Source of the DNA: a virus
Taxonomy: Duplodnaviria > Caudoviricetes
Virus record (IMG/VR): IMGVR_UViG_3300043607_000041
Coordinates: 1 to 48,841 of that record
DNA length: 48,841 nt
Direction: 5' to 3' (one strand)
In this document: piece after piece, positions 33,865-42,961 of the stretch
Numbering within the stretch: the first letter of the stretch is position 1
How the letters are laid out: each line of letters begins with the position of its first letter
The notes under the pieces: model-generated
What the model was told of the DNA's origin: nothing
Seen by the model: the letters and a program-made list of their open reading frames with translations, nothing else
Databases searched by the model: none
Made by a program: the position numbers and the translations under genes

Positions 33865-35883
33865 TCATGCGTATGCAGTGATCACGACACCGCCCTGTGC
33901 GCCCGGGCCCGCCAGCCCGCCCCACGCCGTGCCGTCTGCTCCGCGCCCCACGCCTCCGCCTCCGCCTCCGCCTCCGTACTTCCCGCCAGCGCCGCCGCTA
34001 CCGCCCGTTCCAGACAGGGCTGGCGCTGACGATCCACCCGCACCACCGCTGCCCGCGTGGGGTACTTTACCTGCCGCGCCTGCCGCGCCCGCTACGCCCG
34101 TCGTGGTTGTGCCAACCGCGCCACCAAGGGCGCCGGCACCTGTAATCGCTAGGTCGCCAAATACCCCGGATCGACCACCGTCGCCTCCAGCAAGTGCGGA
34201 TGCAATGAGTGCTGAGCTACCAACAGGCCCGCCTGCGCCACCGCCCGCACCCCCAGTATCAGCACCACCACCCGGGGTGCCGACACCGCCGACACCGCCA
34301 ACACCTGCGCCACCAGCACCACCACCACCACCCGCGGCCCACGCACCAAGGCCGGCGCCTGCGCCTACAGAGAAAGCGCCAGCACCGCCGCCGGATGTGC
34401 CGATTTCAACGGTGCCCGTAGTGGGTTGCCCGCCCGGCACGCTGGATGTGAAACCCGGACGACCCGGACCCATGATCCCACCACCAGATCCGGCGGTCAG
34501 ACCTCCGTTGTTTATGATGCCCTCACCGCCTCCGAACGCTGCGATCTTGCCGAAACAGCTACCAAGGCCGAACCGACCGCGTTGGTCTACGGACTCTGCT
34601 GCAGTGAGCGGCCGCAACGACGCCGGACTCGGCGGGGCGTAGCGGATCTCGATCGGCAATTCAGCGATGATATCCGCTCGAGCTAAGCGCACACGCCTGT
34701 GTGCTCCGCCTCCGCCTGCAGACCCACCCGAGCTAGACGAGCTGGTGGCAGTTTGCTGCGGGCCGTTGCCCCCGCTACCCGCGGACCCGTAGACGTCGAT
34801 ATCAAAGAAGTCGCCATCAGGTACAGCGGCCGCGTTCGTCCAAATCACGACGCCAGTAATAGGCGCCAGGTTGAAGCCGCGCGTGCTAGCCGTGCCGGGG
34901 TTGTTAGCTGAGCCTGAGTCCAAGATTCCGCTTGCGCTCTTAGTATCCGCCGAGCCCAGCTTGAACCAGTTTAGAGGTGCCGGCGCAGTGGCGAGCGCGT
35001 TCAGGTTCGTCGGAGGCGTTCCGCTGTTGTAGACCTCCGCGCGCTGCGTGCTGTTCAGCGCCGCACCAAAGATCGCAAAGTCTTTCATGCGACCACGGAA
35101 CGGCAACCCGTTTACTAGGCCCACGCCAAGTGTAAACGACTGAGCGTTGACAGTGGTAGCCGCGAGCGTGACGGCCGCGCCGGACATAGTCTGTGACACG
35201 TTGTTGACGAAAATGGAAACGCCCGCTGTGGTACCAGTGCCGTCGAGACGGATCATAACGTGGTGCAGTTTATCCACACCGGTGAAAGGGAGCGCGCCCG
35301 CGGGGGTACTTGCGGTTATGAACGCCCCGCCGCTCGCTTGCTGAAACCAGTTAACTACTCCCGTTGTGGTGATCTGCACCTCGTATCCGATCGATGCGAC
35401 GTACTTACTGCACACGAGTTGCCCGGCAGCTATGCCGGTAGCTGGATTAGACATGTTGCCGGGCGTCGCGATCCAGAAACTGACCGTGCGCGCGTCGGTG
35501 CGCTCTATATCGCAAACGTCTCCGTGATTGACGCTCCCGTTACGCCCGTCGAAATACCACCCGTCCGCCGTGGGGATGGTGTCGTAGTCATAGACAGTGC
35601 GGGATAGATACCCATTCGCGCTGCCAGTAGCGGGGGTAAATCCCGCCCCCGTTGCGCCTGTGGCTCCAGCAGAACCAGTTGCGCCGGCCGGTCCCGTGAC
35701 GCCCGTCGCACCGACAGCACCGTTGCTGCCCGCGGGACCAGTCGCGCCAGTCGCGCCAGCGGCAGCAGCCTCTCCGGGCAGACCCGCCGGGCCAACGGGG
35801 CCACGGTCTCCCTTCGGTCCACGCAGCGGTGGCTTGGAAAGCGGTGACCCACCCCTGGCTCTGCGGTTGCTCTCGAACGTCAT
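33865..35883 (-). CDS. Virion fibre: collagen-like Gly-X-Y repeat + LamG/ConA-like domain + glycine-rich domain
   Basis: GPKGDRGPVGPAG...GATGATG; TVSFW...HHV...FRGRMKDFAIF..AL; GGGGGG-rich C-terminus. Confidence 0.8.
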   Translation of the reverse strand: MTFESNRRARGGSPLSKPPLRGPKGDRGPVGPAGLPGEAAAAGATGATGPAGSNGAVGATGVTGPAGATGSAGATGATGAGFTPATGSANGYLSRTVYDYDTIPTADGWYFDGRNGSVNHGDVCDIERTDARTVSFWIATPGNMSNPATGIAAGQLVCSKYVASIGYEVQITTTGVVNWFQQASGGAFITASTPAGALPFTGVDKLHHVMIRLDGTGTTAGVSIFVNNVSQTMSGAAVTLAATTVNAQSFTLGVGLVNGLPFRGRMKDFAIFGAALNSTQRAEVYNSGTPPTNLNALATAPAPLNWFKLGSADTKSASGILDSGSANNPGTASTRGFNLAPITGVVIWTNAAAVPDGDFFDIDVYGSAGSGGNGPQQTATSSSSSGGSAGGGGAHRRVRLARADIIAELPIEIRYAPPSPASLRPLTAAESVDQRGRFGLGSCFGKIAAFGGGEGIINNGGLTAGSGGGIMGPGRPGFTSSVPGGQPTTGTVEIGTSGGGAGAFSVGAGAGLGAWAAGGGGGAGGAGVGGVGGVGTPGGGADTGGAGGGAGGPVGSSALIASALAGGDGGRSGVFGDLAITGAGALGGAVGTTTTGVAGAAGAAGKVPHAGSGGAGGSSAPALSGTGGSGGAGGKYGGGGGGGGVGRGADGTAWGGLAGPGAQGGVVITAYA

Positions 35884-35885
35884 GG

Positions 35886-36467
35886 TCAGGGCTCCGGGTC
35901 TGGGTCGACGAGATCAATCTCGATGTCGAGCTCTGTGTCGTCCACGTCGGTCAGCGTGCCGTCGGCTTCGACCAGCTCGATCAGGCCTGCGTCCTCGTCG
36001 GGTGTGAGACCGAAGGTGGTGCAGCAGGTAAACTCGAGCGCGTGTACCGAGAGGGCGTGGTCGTCCGCGTAGCCTCCGATGTTGCGGGTCGAGCTCGGGA
36101 AGACCGAGATGGCCACGCCTGCGGTATCCAGGACCTCCTTCACGGACACCTTGCGCAGTCCCAGGCGGCACTGCTCGATGAGCCAGAGCGCGTCCAGGTC
36201 AGCGCTGTCGTGCGGCGACTCGGCCTTGAGCTGGACCACGATGACCGCCTTGGACTCCAGCGTCTGCGGGCCGCCGATACTGAGCGCCGAGTCCCGGTCC
36301 TCGAAGGTCGCAGAGACCACCGAGAGCAGGGCGTGATGCAGCGAGAGCGAGCGGGCCCCGTCCTCCCACTGCACGGCGCACTGCGCGAGCACGCCCGCTG
36401 GCATGGCTGCCTCGACGGCAGCTACGACGGCAGATCGCAGGCTCAGCCAGTCGTTGACGATGGTCAC
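35886..36467 (-). CDS. Tail terminator / neck protein
   Basis: Synteny after the neck gene; acidic C-terminus. Confidence 0.6.
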   Translation of the reverse strand: MTIVNDWLSLRSAVVAAVEAAMPAGVLAQCAVQWEDGARSLSLHHALLSVVSATFEDRDSALSIGGPQTLESKAVIVVQLKAESPHDSADLDALWLIEQCRLGLRKVSVKEVLDTAGVAISVFPSSTRNIGGYADDHALSVHALEFTCCTTFGLTPDEDAGLIELVEADGTLTDVDDTELDIEIDLVDPDPEP

Positions 36468-36973
36468 TTGAACTCCGCCTTGCCGCGTATCGAGTTGCGC
36501 AGCTGGCCCTGGTCGATGAGGGGCTTGCTCGATCCCTTGGCCTCGATGGTGCTCGCCGCGAGCGGGGGTGCGATGCCCTTCGAGATGCGCCGCTTCATGC
36601 TGCCCTCGAAGGCGAGCGCAATGCGTTCCCCGGCCTTCTCGGCCGTGAGCTTGCCCTTGATGACCAGCTTCATCTGGGACATTAGGGTCTCGCGCACGAA
36701 CTCCTGGGACTCGTCGTACCAGGCGCGAATGAAGGAGCGCTGCGGGATGCCCGCGTGCATGGCCCCGCTGGGCATCTGAAACGGCTCGACGCCGAACTCG
36801 TGGAACGTGCCCACCTGGGCCACGGTCAGGTCTCCGCCTACAGCGCGCCCGATGTCGTTGGCGGCGCGCTCCTCGTGGTGCTCCGCCCCGTCGTCGCCGT
36901 GGATGCCTACCGTGATGGTGATCTGGGTCGGCGCCGGTACCGGCGGGATCTTGACGACTTCACGTACAGCCAC
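36464..36973 (-). CDS. Neck / tail completion protein (HK97 gp10-like)
   Basis: HEFG...IPQRSFIR...PPLAASTI..KGSSKPLIDQGQLRNSI. Confidence 0.82.
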   Translation of the reverse strand: MAVREVVKIPPVPAPTQITITVGIHGDDGAEHHEERAANDIGRAVGGDLTVAQVGTFHEFGVEPFQMPSGAMHAGIPQRSFIRAWYDESQEFVRETLMSQMKLVIKGKLTAEKAGERIALAFEGSMKRRISKGIAPPLAASTIEAKGSSKPLIDQGQLRNSIRGKAEFK

Positions 36974-37271
36974 TGGTGGACCCCAGCCTGCTCGCGCTCA
37001 CGGCGTTGGCCTCACACATGGCCCGGTAGCGGATGCCGTAGGTCGAGCTGAACGCGTTCTCAACGCCCTTCGGCACCATGCGCGCGTCGCGCCCGGCAGG
37101 CCCCTGCGCGAGCACGTCCGCCAGCTTGAGCATGACTGCGAGGTCTCGCGACTCGCCGAAGCTGTCGGAGACCTCGAGTTCCACCATCGCGAGCTGCGCG
37201 GTGAGCATCGCAGGGTCGCTCTTCACGAACTCCGGGAAGGCGACCTTGAACGATGCTACTGAAACGGCCAT
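36960..37271 (-). CDS. Head-tail adaptor (DUF4054-like)
   Basis: FKVAFPEF...STYG..Y. Confidence 0.78.
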   Translation of the reverse strand: MAVSVASFKVAFPEFVKSDPAMLTAQLAMVELEVSDSFGESRDLAVMLKLADVLAQGPAGRDARMVPKGVENAFSSTYGIRYRAMCEANAVSASRLGSTSGCT

Positions 37272-37300
37272 AAAGCTGACCAGTCCCTAGGCGTGGTTCT

Positions 37301-37570
37301 TCAGAACCAGCGCGTGACGCGGACCACCTGCGTGGTACCCGATGCGGTCACGCCGTAGAGCTCGGCGTCAGCCTCGAAGCTTTCCTGGAAAGTGTCGGCG
37401 GGTAACACGCGCCACTGGCTGGCGGTGCTGCCGAACGACACGTTCGAGTCGCCCAGGCAAACGTTCGAGTTATTGGGTGGCACACGTACAATCTGTACGC
37501 GACCGCTTCCCTGAAACAGGAGCGTTGGCGTGTCACCCACCGTGACTGTGCTGACCTCGGGATTGATCAC
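37301..37570 (-). CDS. Small beta-rich virion protein (decoration-like)
   Basis: GTG 37570 coupled to the capsid stop; NSNVCLGDSNV...LYGV. Confidence 0.6.
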   Translation of the reverse strand: MINPEVSTVTVGDTPTLLFQGSGRVQIVRVPPNNSNVCLGDSNVSFGSTASQWRVLPADTFQESFEADAELYGVTASGTTQVVRVTRWF

Positions 37571-38670
37571 GCCGCGAGATCCATGTAGGCCAGCCCATTG
37601 GCGTCCAGGATGCGGACGCCGCCGGTGACCAGCGAAGCGTTGACCTCGAAGCCGCGAGTGATCTCGAGCACCTGATCCACGCCGTACGGCTTGCCCGTGA
37701 CCATGCAGGCCACGTTGACGTCGGACGAGTCGAAGGCCAGCAAGCGTGGCCCGCTGCCGATGGTGCCGATAGCCGAGAAGCGATCCCAGACGATGATGCG
37801 CACAGGGCGCCCTGCCTTGGCCTGCCACTCCGTCTTGAACGTGGCCAGCGCATTGTCCGCGTAGTTGGCTGGGCGCAGCGAGTTTAGAGCCTGGAATTCA
37901 TCCAACGGAAGGACCAGGGTGTCCGACACGCGGCGTTCCTTCGTACGCACGTAGGGCGTATCCGTGACCAGATGGAGGTCCTTCATGACCAACGGGAAGT
38001 CGGCCGCGACTGCTGTAGTCCAAGAAGTCGTGGTGGACGCCTTCGTGGACGCCGTCACGATGCCCGCGGCCACAACGTCGGCGTTGTTGCCGAGCCCGGT
38101 CAGGCCGAGGCCTAGGTCAGCGTAGGTCGTACCCACGAGACCGGTCGCAGCGAGCGCGTCCAGGAACTCCTGGGACACCTGCTGTTGGATCATGGCTCGC
38201 TCCGTGTCGGGGTTGATGCCGAGCTTGGCGGACCGGATCATCTCTCGGTTCGAGTAGCCGTACCCGTTCACCATCTCAAACATGCGACCCGTGGTCGACG
38301 CCCGGCTGAAGTCGGCTCGCACGATGTCGCGCGGACCGATCTGGCTGGCGAGCTTGATATTTCCCGTCCCGGTGATCTTGCTGACTTCCCAGCGCTCGGC
38401 CCAGTCAGGTACCGGCAGGGTCTGTAGCACCTGCTCGTACTTCGTCGGCCGGTACTGCTCCTGCACGTGCTGGAGCACGTAGTTCAGGTCGCGCGCCAGG
38501 GGCACGGCCGAGTCCTGGCGGTGCACGCCACCGGAGAAGTCGATGAGCCCATCGGCGTGGACGCGCGTGGCCCAAGCGATGTCGATCAGTCCTCGCTTGT
38601 CGAGCCTGAACCGGGTCCCGTTGCCGCCGGAAGCGCCGCTGCCGGGGAGTTCAATTCGCTGTAGTTCCAT
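37567..38670 (-). CDS. Major capsid protein (DUF2184 / HK97 fold)
   Basis: GYGYS..E...GLTGLGN...DTLVLP...TGGVRI; synteny. Confidence 0.82.
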   Translation of the reverse strand: MELQRIELPGSGASGGNGTRFRLDKRGLIDIAWATRVHADGLIDFSGGVHRQDSAVPLARDLNYVLQHVQEQYRPTKYEQVLQTLPVPDWAERWEVSKITGTGNIKLASQIGPRDIVRADFSRASTTGRMFEMVNGYGYSNREMIRSAKLGINPDTERAMIQQQVSQEFLDALAATGLVGTTYADLGLGLTGLGNNADVVAAGIVTASTKASTTTSWTTAVAADFPLVMKDLHLVTDTPYVRTKERRVSDTLVLPLDEFQALNSLRPANYADNALATFKTEWQAKAGRPVRIIVWDRFSAIGTIGSGPRLLAFDSSDVNVACMVTGKPYGVDQVLEITRGFEVNASLVTGGVRILDANGLAYMDLAA

Positions 38671-38712
38671 CTCGGTCGCTTCCTTGTTGCGTAGCGCGGC
38701 GTTGCCGGAGCT

Positions 38713-39480
38713 TTAGCCGTTGATCTTGTTGAGGCGGACTTCGACGTTGCCTGCGCCCGTGCGAGAGGCGTCGAAGAAGGCGCCAGGCACACGGATGGCT
38801 CTAGCGGGCGTGGTGATCGCCAGCTGGTCGCTGAGCGCCAGGACGTCGACGACGCCCGTGGTGGACGTGATGCTGATGGTCACAGAACCAGTCGCAGCGA
38901 ACTCGGTCGATGCGTCAATCAGAGCCACCAGGCCAGCTGCCACTTCGGCCACTGTCGGCGTCGCGTCGGAGTTGAAGACGAATGTCTTATCGACCACACC
39001 GTCAGACAACCGGACCGAGAAGCCCGTCACCTGGTCAAACGGATCGGACGGCGTGATGACCACGCCACCCGCCGGGTAGTCCGAGTCGGCGCGGACCTTG
39101 CCCACTACCGTATTGGCGGAGCCATCCGTCAGGATGCGGCAGAACACGGGCTGGTCAGCAACGCAGGTGCCCTCGCACGCCACGTACATGTGGCCCTCCT
39201 CCATGATGGCCACAGCCTCGTTGTCGGCGTAGTGGTGCGTCGCGTCGAAGTCCTCCGACATGGGACGAAACACCGTCAGGCCCGTGGCCTTGGCCACCAA
39301 CGCCGCCGTGGTCGGCGAGATGCACTCGAGCCCGGCCGTGCCGGAGGGCGCTACGAACAGGCCCTCCGCTACGCCAGCAGCCTGGTTCAGGGTGCGGGTT
39401 GTGACGTGCGCCCCGTGGCGGCTGATGCAGCCCGCCTGGGCTACGTCGTGCGTTTCGTTGGATCCGATGAACGATGCCAT
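38713..39480 (-). CDS. Capsid cement/decoration protein
   Basis: Between protease and MCP; AVAIMEEGHMYV motif; extra internal beta domain. Confidence 0.72.
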   Translation of the reverse strand: MASFIGSNETHDVAQAGCISRHGAHVTTRTLNQAAGVAEGLFVAPSGTAGLECISPTTAALVAKATGLTVFRPMSEDFDATHHYADNEAVAIMEEGHMYVACEGTCVADQPVFCRILTDGSANTVVGKVRADSDYPAGGVVITPSDPFDQVTGFSVRLSDGVVDKTFVFNSDATPTVAEVAAGLVALIDASTEFAATGSVTISITSTTGVVDVLALSDQLAITTPARAIRVPGAFFDASRTGAGNVEVRLNKING

Positions 39481-39483
39481 GAT

Positions 39484-40599
39484 TTACTTGCTCCCGAAAG
39501 AATCGAGGTAGGCCTTGCGGCTCGGGTCGACGGGAGGCTTCTCCGTCTCGTCGGTGACGGTCACCACTGGCTGATGCAGCGAGACTGGCTGCCTGCCGGC
39601 GGCGTCGAGCTTCATCTTGACGGCGTAGGCGATGTAGCCTGCGCGCTCGGCATCAGACCCGAGCTTGGCCGCGTCGGCGATCACGGTGGGACCCACCGCG
39701 TCAGCGCGCACCGCGTCACGGTTTTTGCCCTTGAAGTCGTAGCCCTTGGGCAGCGCAGGCAGCATGGTCTGACGGAAGTCGAGTTCGTCCTGGACCAGCT
39801 GGTTCACGTCGACCGGCTTGTGGCTGGCGATGGTGGCCTTGGCCGTGCCGAGTTCGGTCTGCGCGACGGTCAGCGCCGCGGAAGCGTCGTCGGCACGCTT
39901 GGTTTCCGTGGCGATGTTTCGCTCGAGCAGGGAGATATGGGTATCTCCGCCGCGCTCGCAGTCGATGCCGTCGACCTTGACGATCTGCTTCGGGGCCTGG
40001 ACGGGCGTGCTGTTGTCATCGTGTCGGACGAACATTTCAATGGGCTCCTGGTTGCCGTCTAGGCGCAGACGCGCCCCTTTGCCTGCACGCGCGTGCCCAT
40101 CCTTGAGCAGCGCCAAATGATTGTAGCCGTGGATCTTCTCGACCACGGCGTCGTAGTGCTCGCCCGCGGGGCTGATGCCGGACTGGGGCTTCACCTCAGC
40201 GAGGTAGCCCATGCTCACCTCGGTCAGCTCACCCGAGTCGATCCTCCGTAGCGTGTCAGCGTCCGACACAACGATGTCCGAGTCGATCCACTCGAGCGGG
40301 CCGTCGCTGCGGCGGCGCGGGGCGGCGTCTGACACGTGTCCCACTGAGAGCTGGCGATGGTTGCTCGGCGTCACGCCCTCAGGCGGGTGCCCCACCGTGA
40401 CCGGGATGGACCCGAGAGTGGCCAGAGAATCCGCGGCAAACACCGTCTCCGGTGGGCGGTACTCGCGCACGCTGCGGCCGAGCTGGTCGGTGTAGACCTG
40501 GACTCCGGTGCGGGCAATCGTCGCAGGAATACGCGAGCCGCCAGCGCCAGTGCGCTTGGCGCGGTCGAGTCTACCGACGTCGAATCGCAGAACTTGCAC
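39484..40599 (-). CDS. DUF2213 prohead protease/scaffold
   Basis: IARTGVQVY...YRPPETVF...PVTVGHP...EVSMGY...NHLAL...ARAG. Confidence 0.9.
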   Translation of the reverse strand: MQVLRFDVGRLDRAKRTGAGGSRIPATIARTGVQVYTDQLGRSVREYRPPETVFAADSLATLGSIPVTVGHPPEGVTPSNHRQLSVGHVSDAAPRRRSDGPLEWIDSDIVVSDADTLRRIDSGELTEVSMGYLAEVKPQSGISPAGEHYDAVVEKIHGYNHLALLKDGHARAGKGARLRLDGNQEPIEMFVRHDDNSTPVQAPKQIVKVDGIDCERGGDTHISLLERNIATETKRADDASAALTVAQTELGTAKATIASHKPVDVNQLVQDELDFRQTMLPALPKGYDFKGKNRDAVRADAVGPTVIADAAKLGSDAERAGYIAYAVKMKLDAAGRQPVSLHQPVVTVTDETEKPPVDPSRKAYLDSFGSK

Positions 40600-40652
40600 T
40601 CCAGCGATCGTACTGGCGGCTGGCCAGTGGGACCACGGGCGTATAGCTTAAC
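40600..40652 (-). promoter_or_regulatory. Putative late promoter element (copy 1), leaderless start for DUF2213
   Basis: Repeated at 32069-32121; TACGAT lies 7 nt before GTG 40599. Confidence 0.75.
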
Positions 40653-40926
40653 GGGTCAGCGCATCGAGCGCCGAGCGCAACCCAGGCTCGGTGATGGTGC
40701 GTCCCGAGCCGTTCCACAGGCCCTTCTTCTCGAGCCAGTGCAATCGGTAGTGCACTGCCTGTCGGGTCACACGAAGGGACCTCGCAAGCTCCATCAGCGT
40801 GGGCGCGCGCCGGTGCAGCAGCCTCAGCGCCAGGAAGACTTCAAGGGTGCGTCGCTGCGAGGACGACACGGCGCCCCCTGGCTCTTTGCCGGGGGAGCGG
40901 AGCTGTGCCTCGGTGACGGGGCTCAC
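40648..40926 (-). CDS. LexA-N-like winged-helix regulator
   Basis: QRRTLEVF...APTLMELARSLRVTRQAVHYRLHWLEKKGL. Confidence 0.78.
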   Translation of the reverse strand: MSPVTEAQLRSPGKEPGGAVSSSQRRTLEVFLALRLLHRRAPTLMELARSLRVTRQAVHYRLHWLEKKGLWNGSGRTITEPGLRSALDALTR

Positions 40927-41096
40927 TCGGCGTAGAGCCCCATTCGCGCCAATGGTTCCAGGTCGATCTGATGCTCAGCGTTGGCCTTCAGTACCGCCTG
41001 GTACTCGGCATCCCACTGTGCCTTGGCGAACGGTCGAGCGCGGTCCAGGCGCTGGCATGCCTCCACCATCATCTCGACTACCTGTTGCCTAGTCAT
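40923..41096 (-). CDS. Small protein, candidate immunity partner of the MuF toxin
   Basis: ATG 41096 overlaps the MuF stop (ATGA); 57 aa, helical. Confidence 0.6.
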   Translation of the reverse strand: MTRQQVVEMMVEACQRLDRARPFAKAQWDAEYQAVLKANAEHQIDLEPLARMGLYAE

Positions 41097-42961
41097 AACA
41101 GACCCCTCAATCGTAGCACTGCTTCGACCATCTCGAAAGCGCCCGGGGCGTTGTCTCGCAGCCAAGCCTTGTGTGAGGAATGGTAAGTCCCGAATGCCTC
41201 GGCGAAGTACTCCTGGTGATTCGTCATCCCGTAGTGGGACACCCTGTTCTTGCCAGACTCTCTCGCGGCGTAAAAGGCCCGTGAGATCAGCTCGTTAATG
41301 GCCACGTGCGCGGTGCCCACCTGGTCGTTTTCGTGCACGATATGCCCGAATTCATGCACGGCTAGCCTTGCACTCGCTTCTTCCGCTGTGGCTGCGTAGT
41401 CCGTGGTCGATCCCAACACTTGGACTAGCTGCGGATTCGCTGGATTCCTATCTGCGATCCCAGGCGAACGCACCTTGATTGCCTCGCCTCCGTATTTGCG
41501 ACCGACAGGCCCGGTGTATGCGAGCCCGCCAGCGCCACCCTCGACGACGTCCCCGAGTGCCGTACCCGTCGAGCTCGCCGCGGTTGAACTCAGGTCCGTC
41601 ACCGTCAGCGAATCGAGTCGCCGTCCCGGTGTATCCCAGAATTTCTTAAATCCTGCGCGGTCTAGCGCATCGTACACAGCATCCCGGTGCGCCTCGGCAT
41701 TGGGGCCGCGCACGCGGATCCGCTTCACGTTTTCACCGAACACGGGCGAGTCATTAAAGCCTTGAGCCACCTGCAATGGCGTCGGCACCACCAGGGGCAC
41801 GGGCCTGGCCTTGCGAGCAGCAATCTCGGCTGCCTGCTTGGCGAAGGCTTCTCGCTCTGCGAGCAGGCGCGCCTCCTCTTGCGCCCTGAGCCGCGCCATC
41901 GTCTCCTGGAGCTGCGCTTGCTTCTTGGCTTCGCGAGCGGCCTTGCCTGCAGCCTTGCGCTCGGCCACCGCCAGGCGATCGGCCTCGGCCTTCCGCGCCT
42001 CCTCCTGGCGCTTGGCGGCCTTGGCTTCGGCTTCCGCCTGCAGGGCCAGCCTGCGCTCCTCTGCGGCAACGCGTGCAGCCTCCGCCTCCGCGGCTCGGCG
42101 CTCCGCCTCGACGTCCACCGGCGGAGTCTCTGGCTCCGGCACCAGGTCGTTCTCCGGCGGTGGCTGCGAGAGGGTAGTCGGCTCGCGCGGGTTCTCCGGC
42201 TCCTCGAGTCCTTCGAGCGGCAGGATGGGTATGCCCGCGCACCGGCACTGGAAGTCCTTGCCTGGGTGCTCCCTGCGCCCCGTGCGCTTGTCGACGATGG
42301 GCGGCGAGTCCCAGCGCTGCGTCGTGCCGTCGAGCTCCTCGTGGTCGGGCCTGACGCGCTCGTCCTCCGAGGTGGACCAGGTGTACTCGGTGATCCCAGC
42401 CTCGGTCTGGCGCGCCTCCTGGATCTGCCCGTACAGCTTGAGCGTCTGGTCGCGAGCGATGAACTCCGCGCGCGAACGCACGACGTTCAGGCGCTCCTGG
42501 ATCTTCGCCCGCACCTCCTCGACACGGACGCCCTCCCGCAGGGGGCCGGAGATGACCCCTCGGATCTCAGCCCGCGCCCGCGCCTCCAGCTTGATGAGCT
42601 CGGTGTTGCTCTGGATCCAGCCCGCCTCGAGCTTGGCCGAGTTCTTCAGCACGCTGCTCGATGGCACGGGCACGACGCGGGACAGGTCCTCTGCGGCCTG
42701 GCGATCGACGGCGCGGAAGGTGGTCTTCAGGAAGCCCTCCCCGAGCGAGACCTGCCCAGTGACATCCTCGATGGAGAACGGGTCCGCCTTGTCGAAGCGC
42801 GCGCGCAGACCCGGCTCAAGCTCGCGCATCACCCGATCGATGTAGGCGTTGACCAGGCCGATGACCGCCACCTGCATGCGCTCGACCAGGTGCATCGGCG
42901 CCCTCGGTCCCTGGCGGGGTGAGGTGCGCCGGATGCGAGTGGACACCCGCGGCGTCGGCAT
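41093..42961 (-). CDS. MuF (SPP1 gp7-like) minor head protein with C-terminal zincin metallopeptidase domain
   Basis: IARDQT...WSTSEDERVRPDH...PGKDFQCRC; coiled coil; HEFGH...SHYGMTNHQEYFAEAF. Confidence 0.88.
   Translation of the reverse strand: MPTPRVSTRIRRTSPRQGPRAPMHLVERMQVAVIGLVNAYIDRVMRELEPGLRARFDKADPFSIEDVTGQVSLGEGFLKTTFRAVDRQAAEDLSRVVPVPSSSVLKNSAKLEAGWIQSNTELIKLEARARAEIRGVISGPLREGVRVEEVRAKIQERLNVVRSRAEFIARDQTLKLYGQIQEARQTEAGITEYTWSTSEDERVRPDHEELDGTTQRWDSPPIVDKRTGRREHPGKDFQCRCAGIPILPLEGLEEPENPREPTTLSQPPPENDLVPEPETPPVDVEAERRAAEAEAARVAAEERRLALQAEAEAKAAKRQEEARKAEADRLAVAERKAAGKAAREAKKQAQLQETMARLRAQEEARLLAEREAFAKQAAEIAARKARPVPLVVPTPLQVAQGFNDSPVFGENVKRIRVRGPNAEAHRDAVYDALDRAGFKKFWDTPGRRLDSLTVTDLSSTAASSTGTALGDVVEGGAGGLAYTGPVGRKYGGEAIKVRSPGIADRNPANPQLVQVLGSTTDYAATAEEASARLAVHEFGHIVHENDQVGTAHVAINELISRAFYAARESGKNRVSHYGMTNHQEYFAEAFGTYHSSHKAWLRDNAPGAFEMVEAVLRLRGLL

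Noticed and set aside
33794-34642. Pro-rich + strand ORF
   Set aside because: Shadow of the glycine-rich fibre domain.
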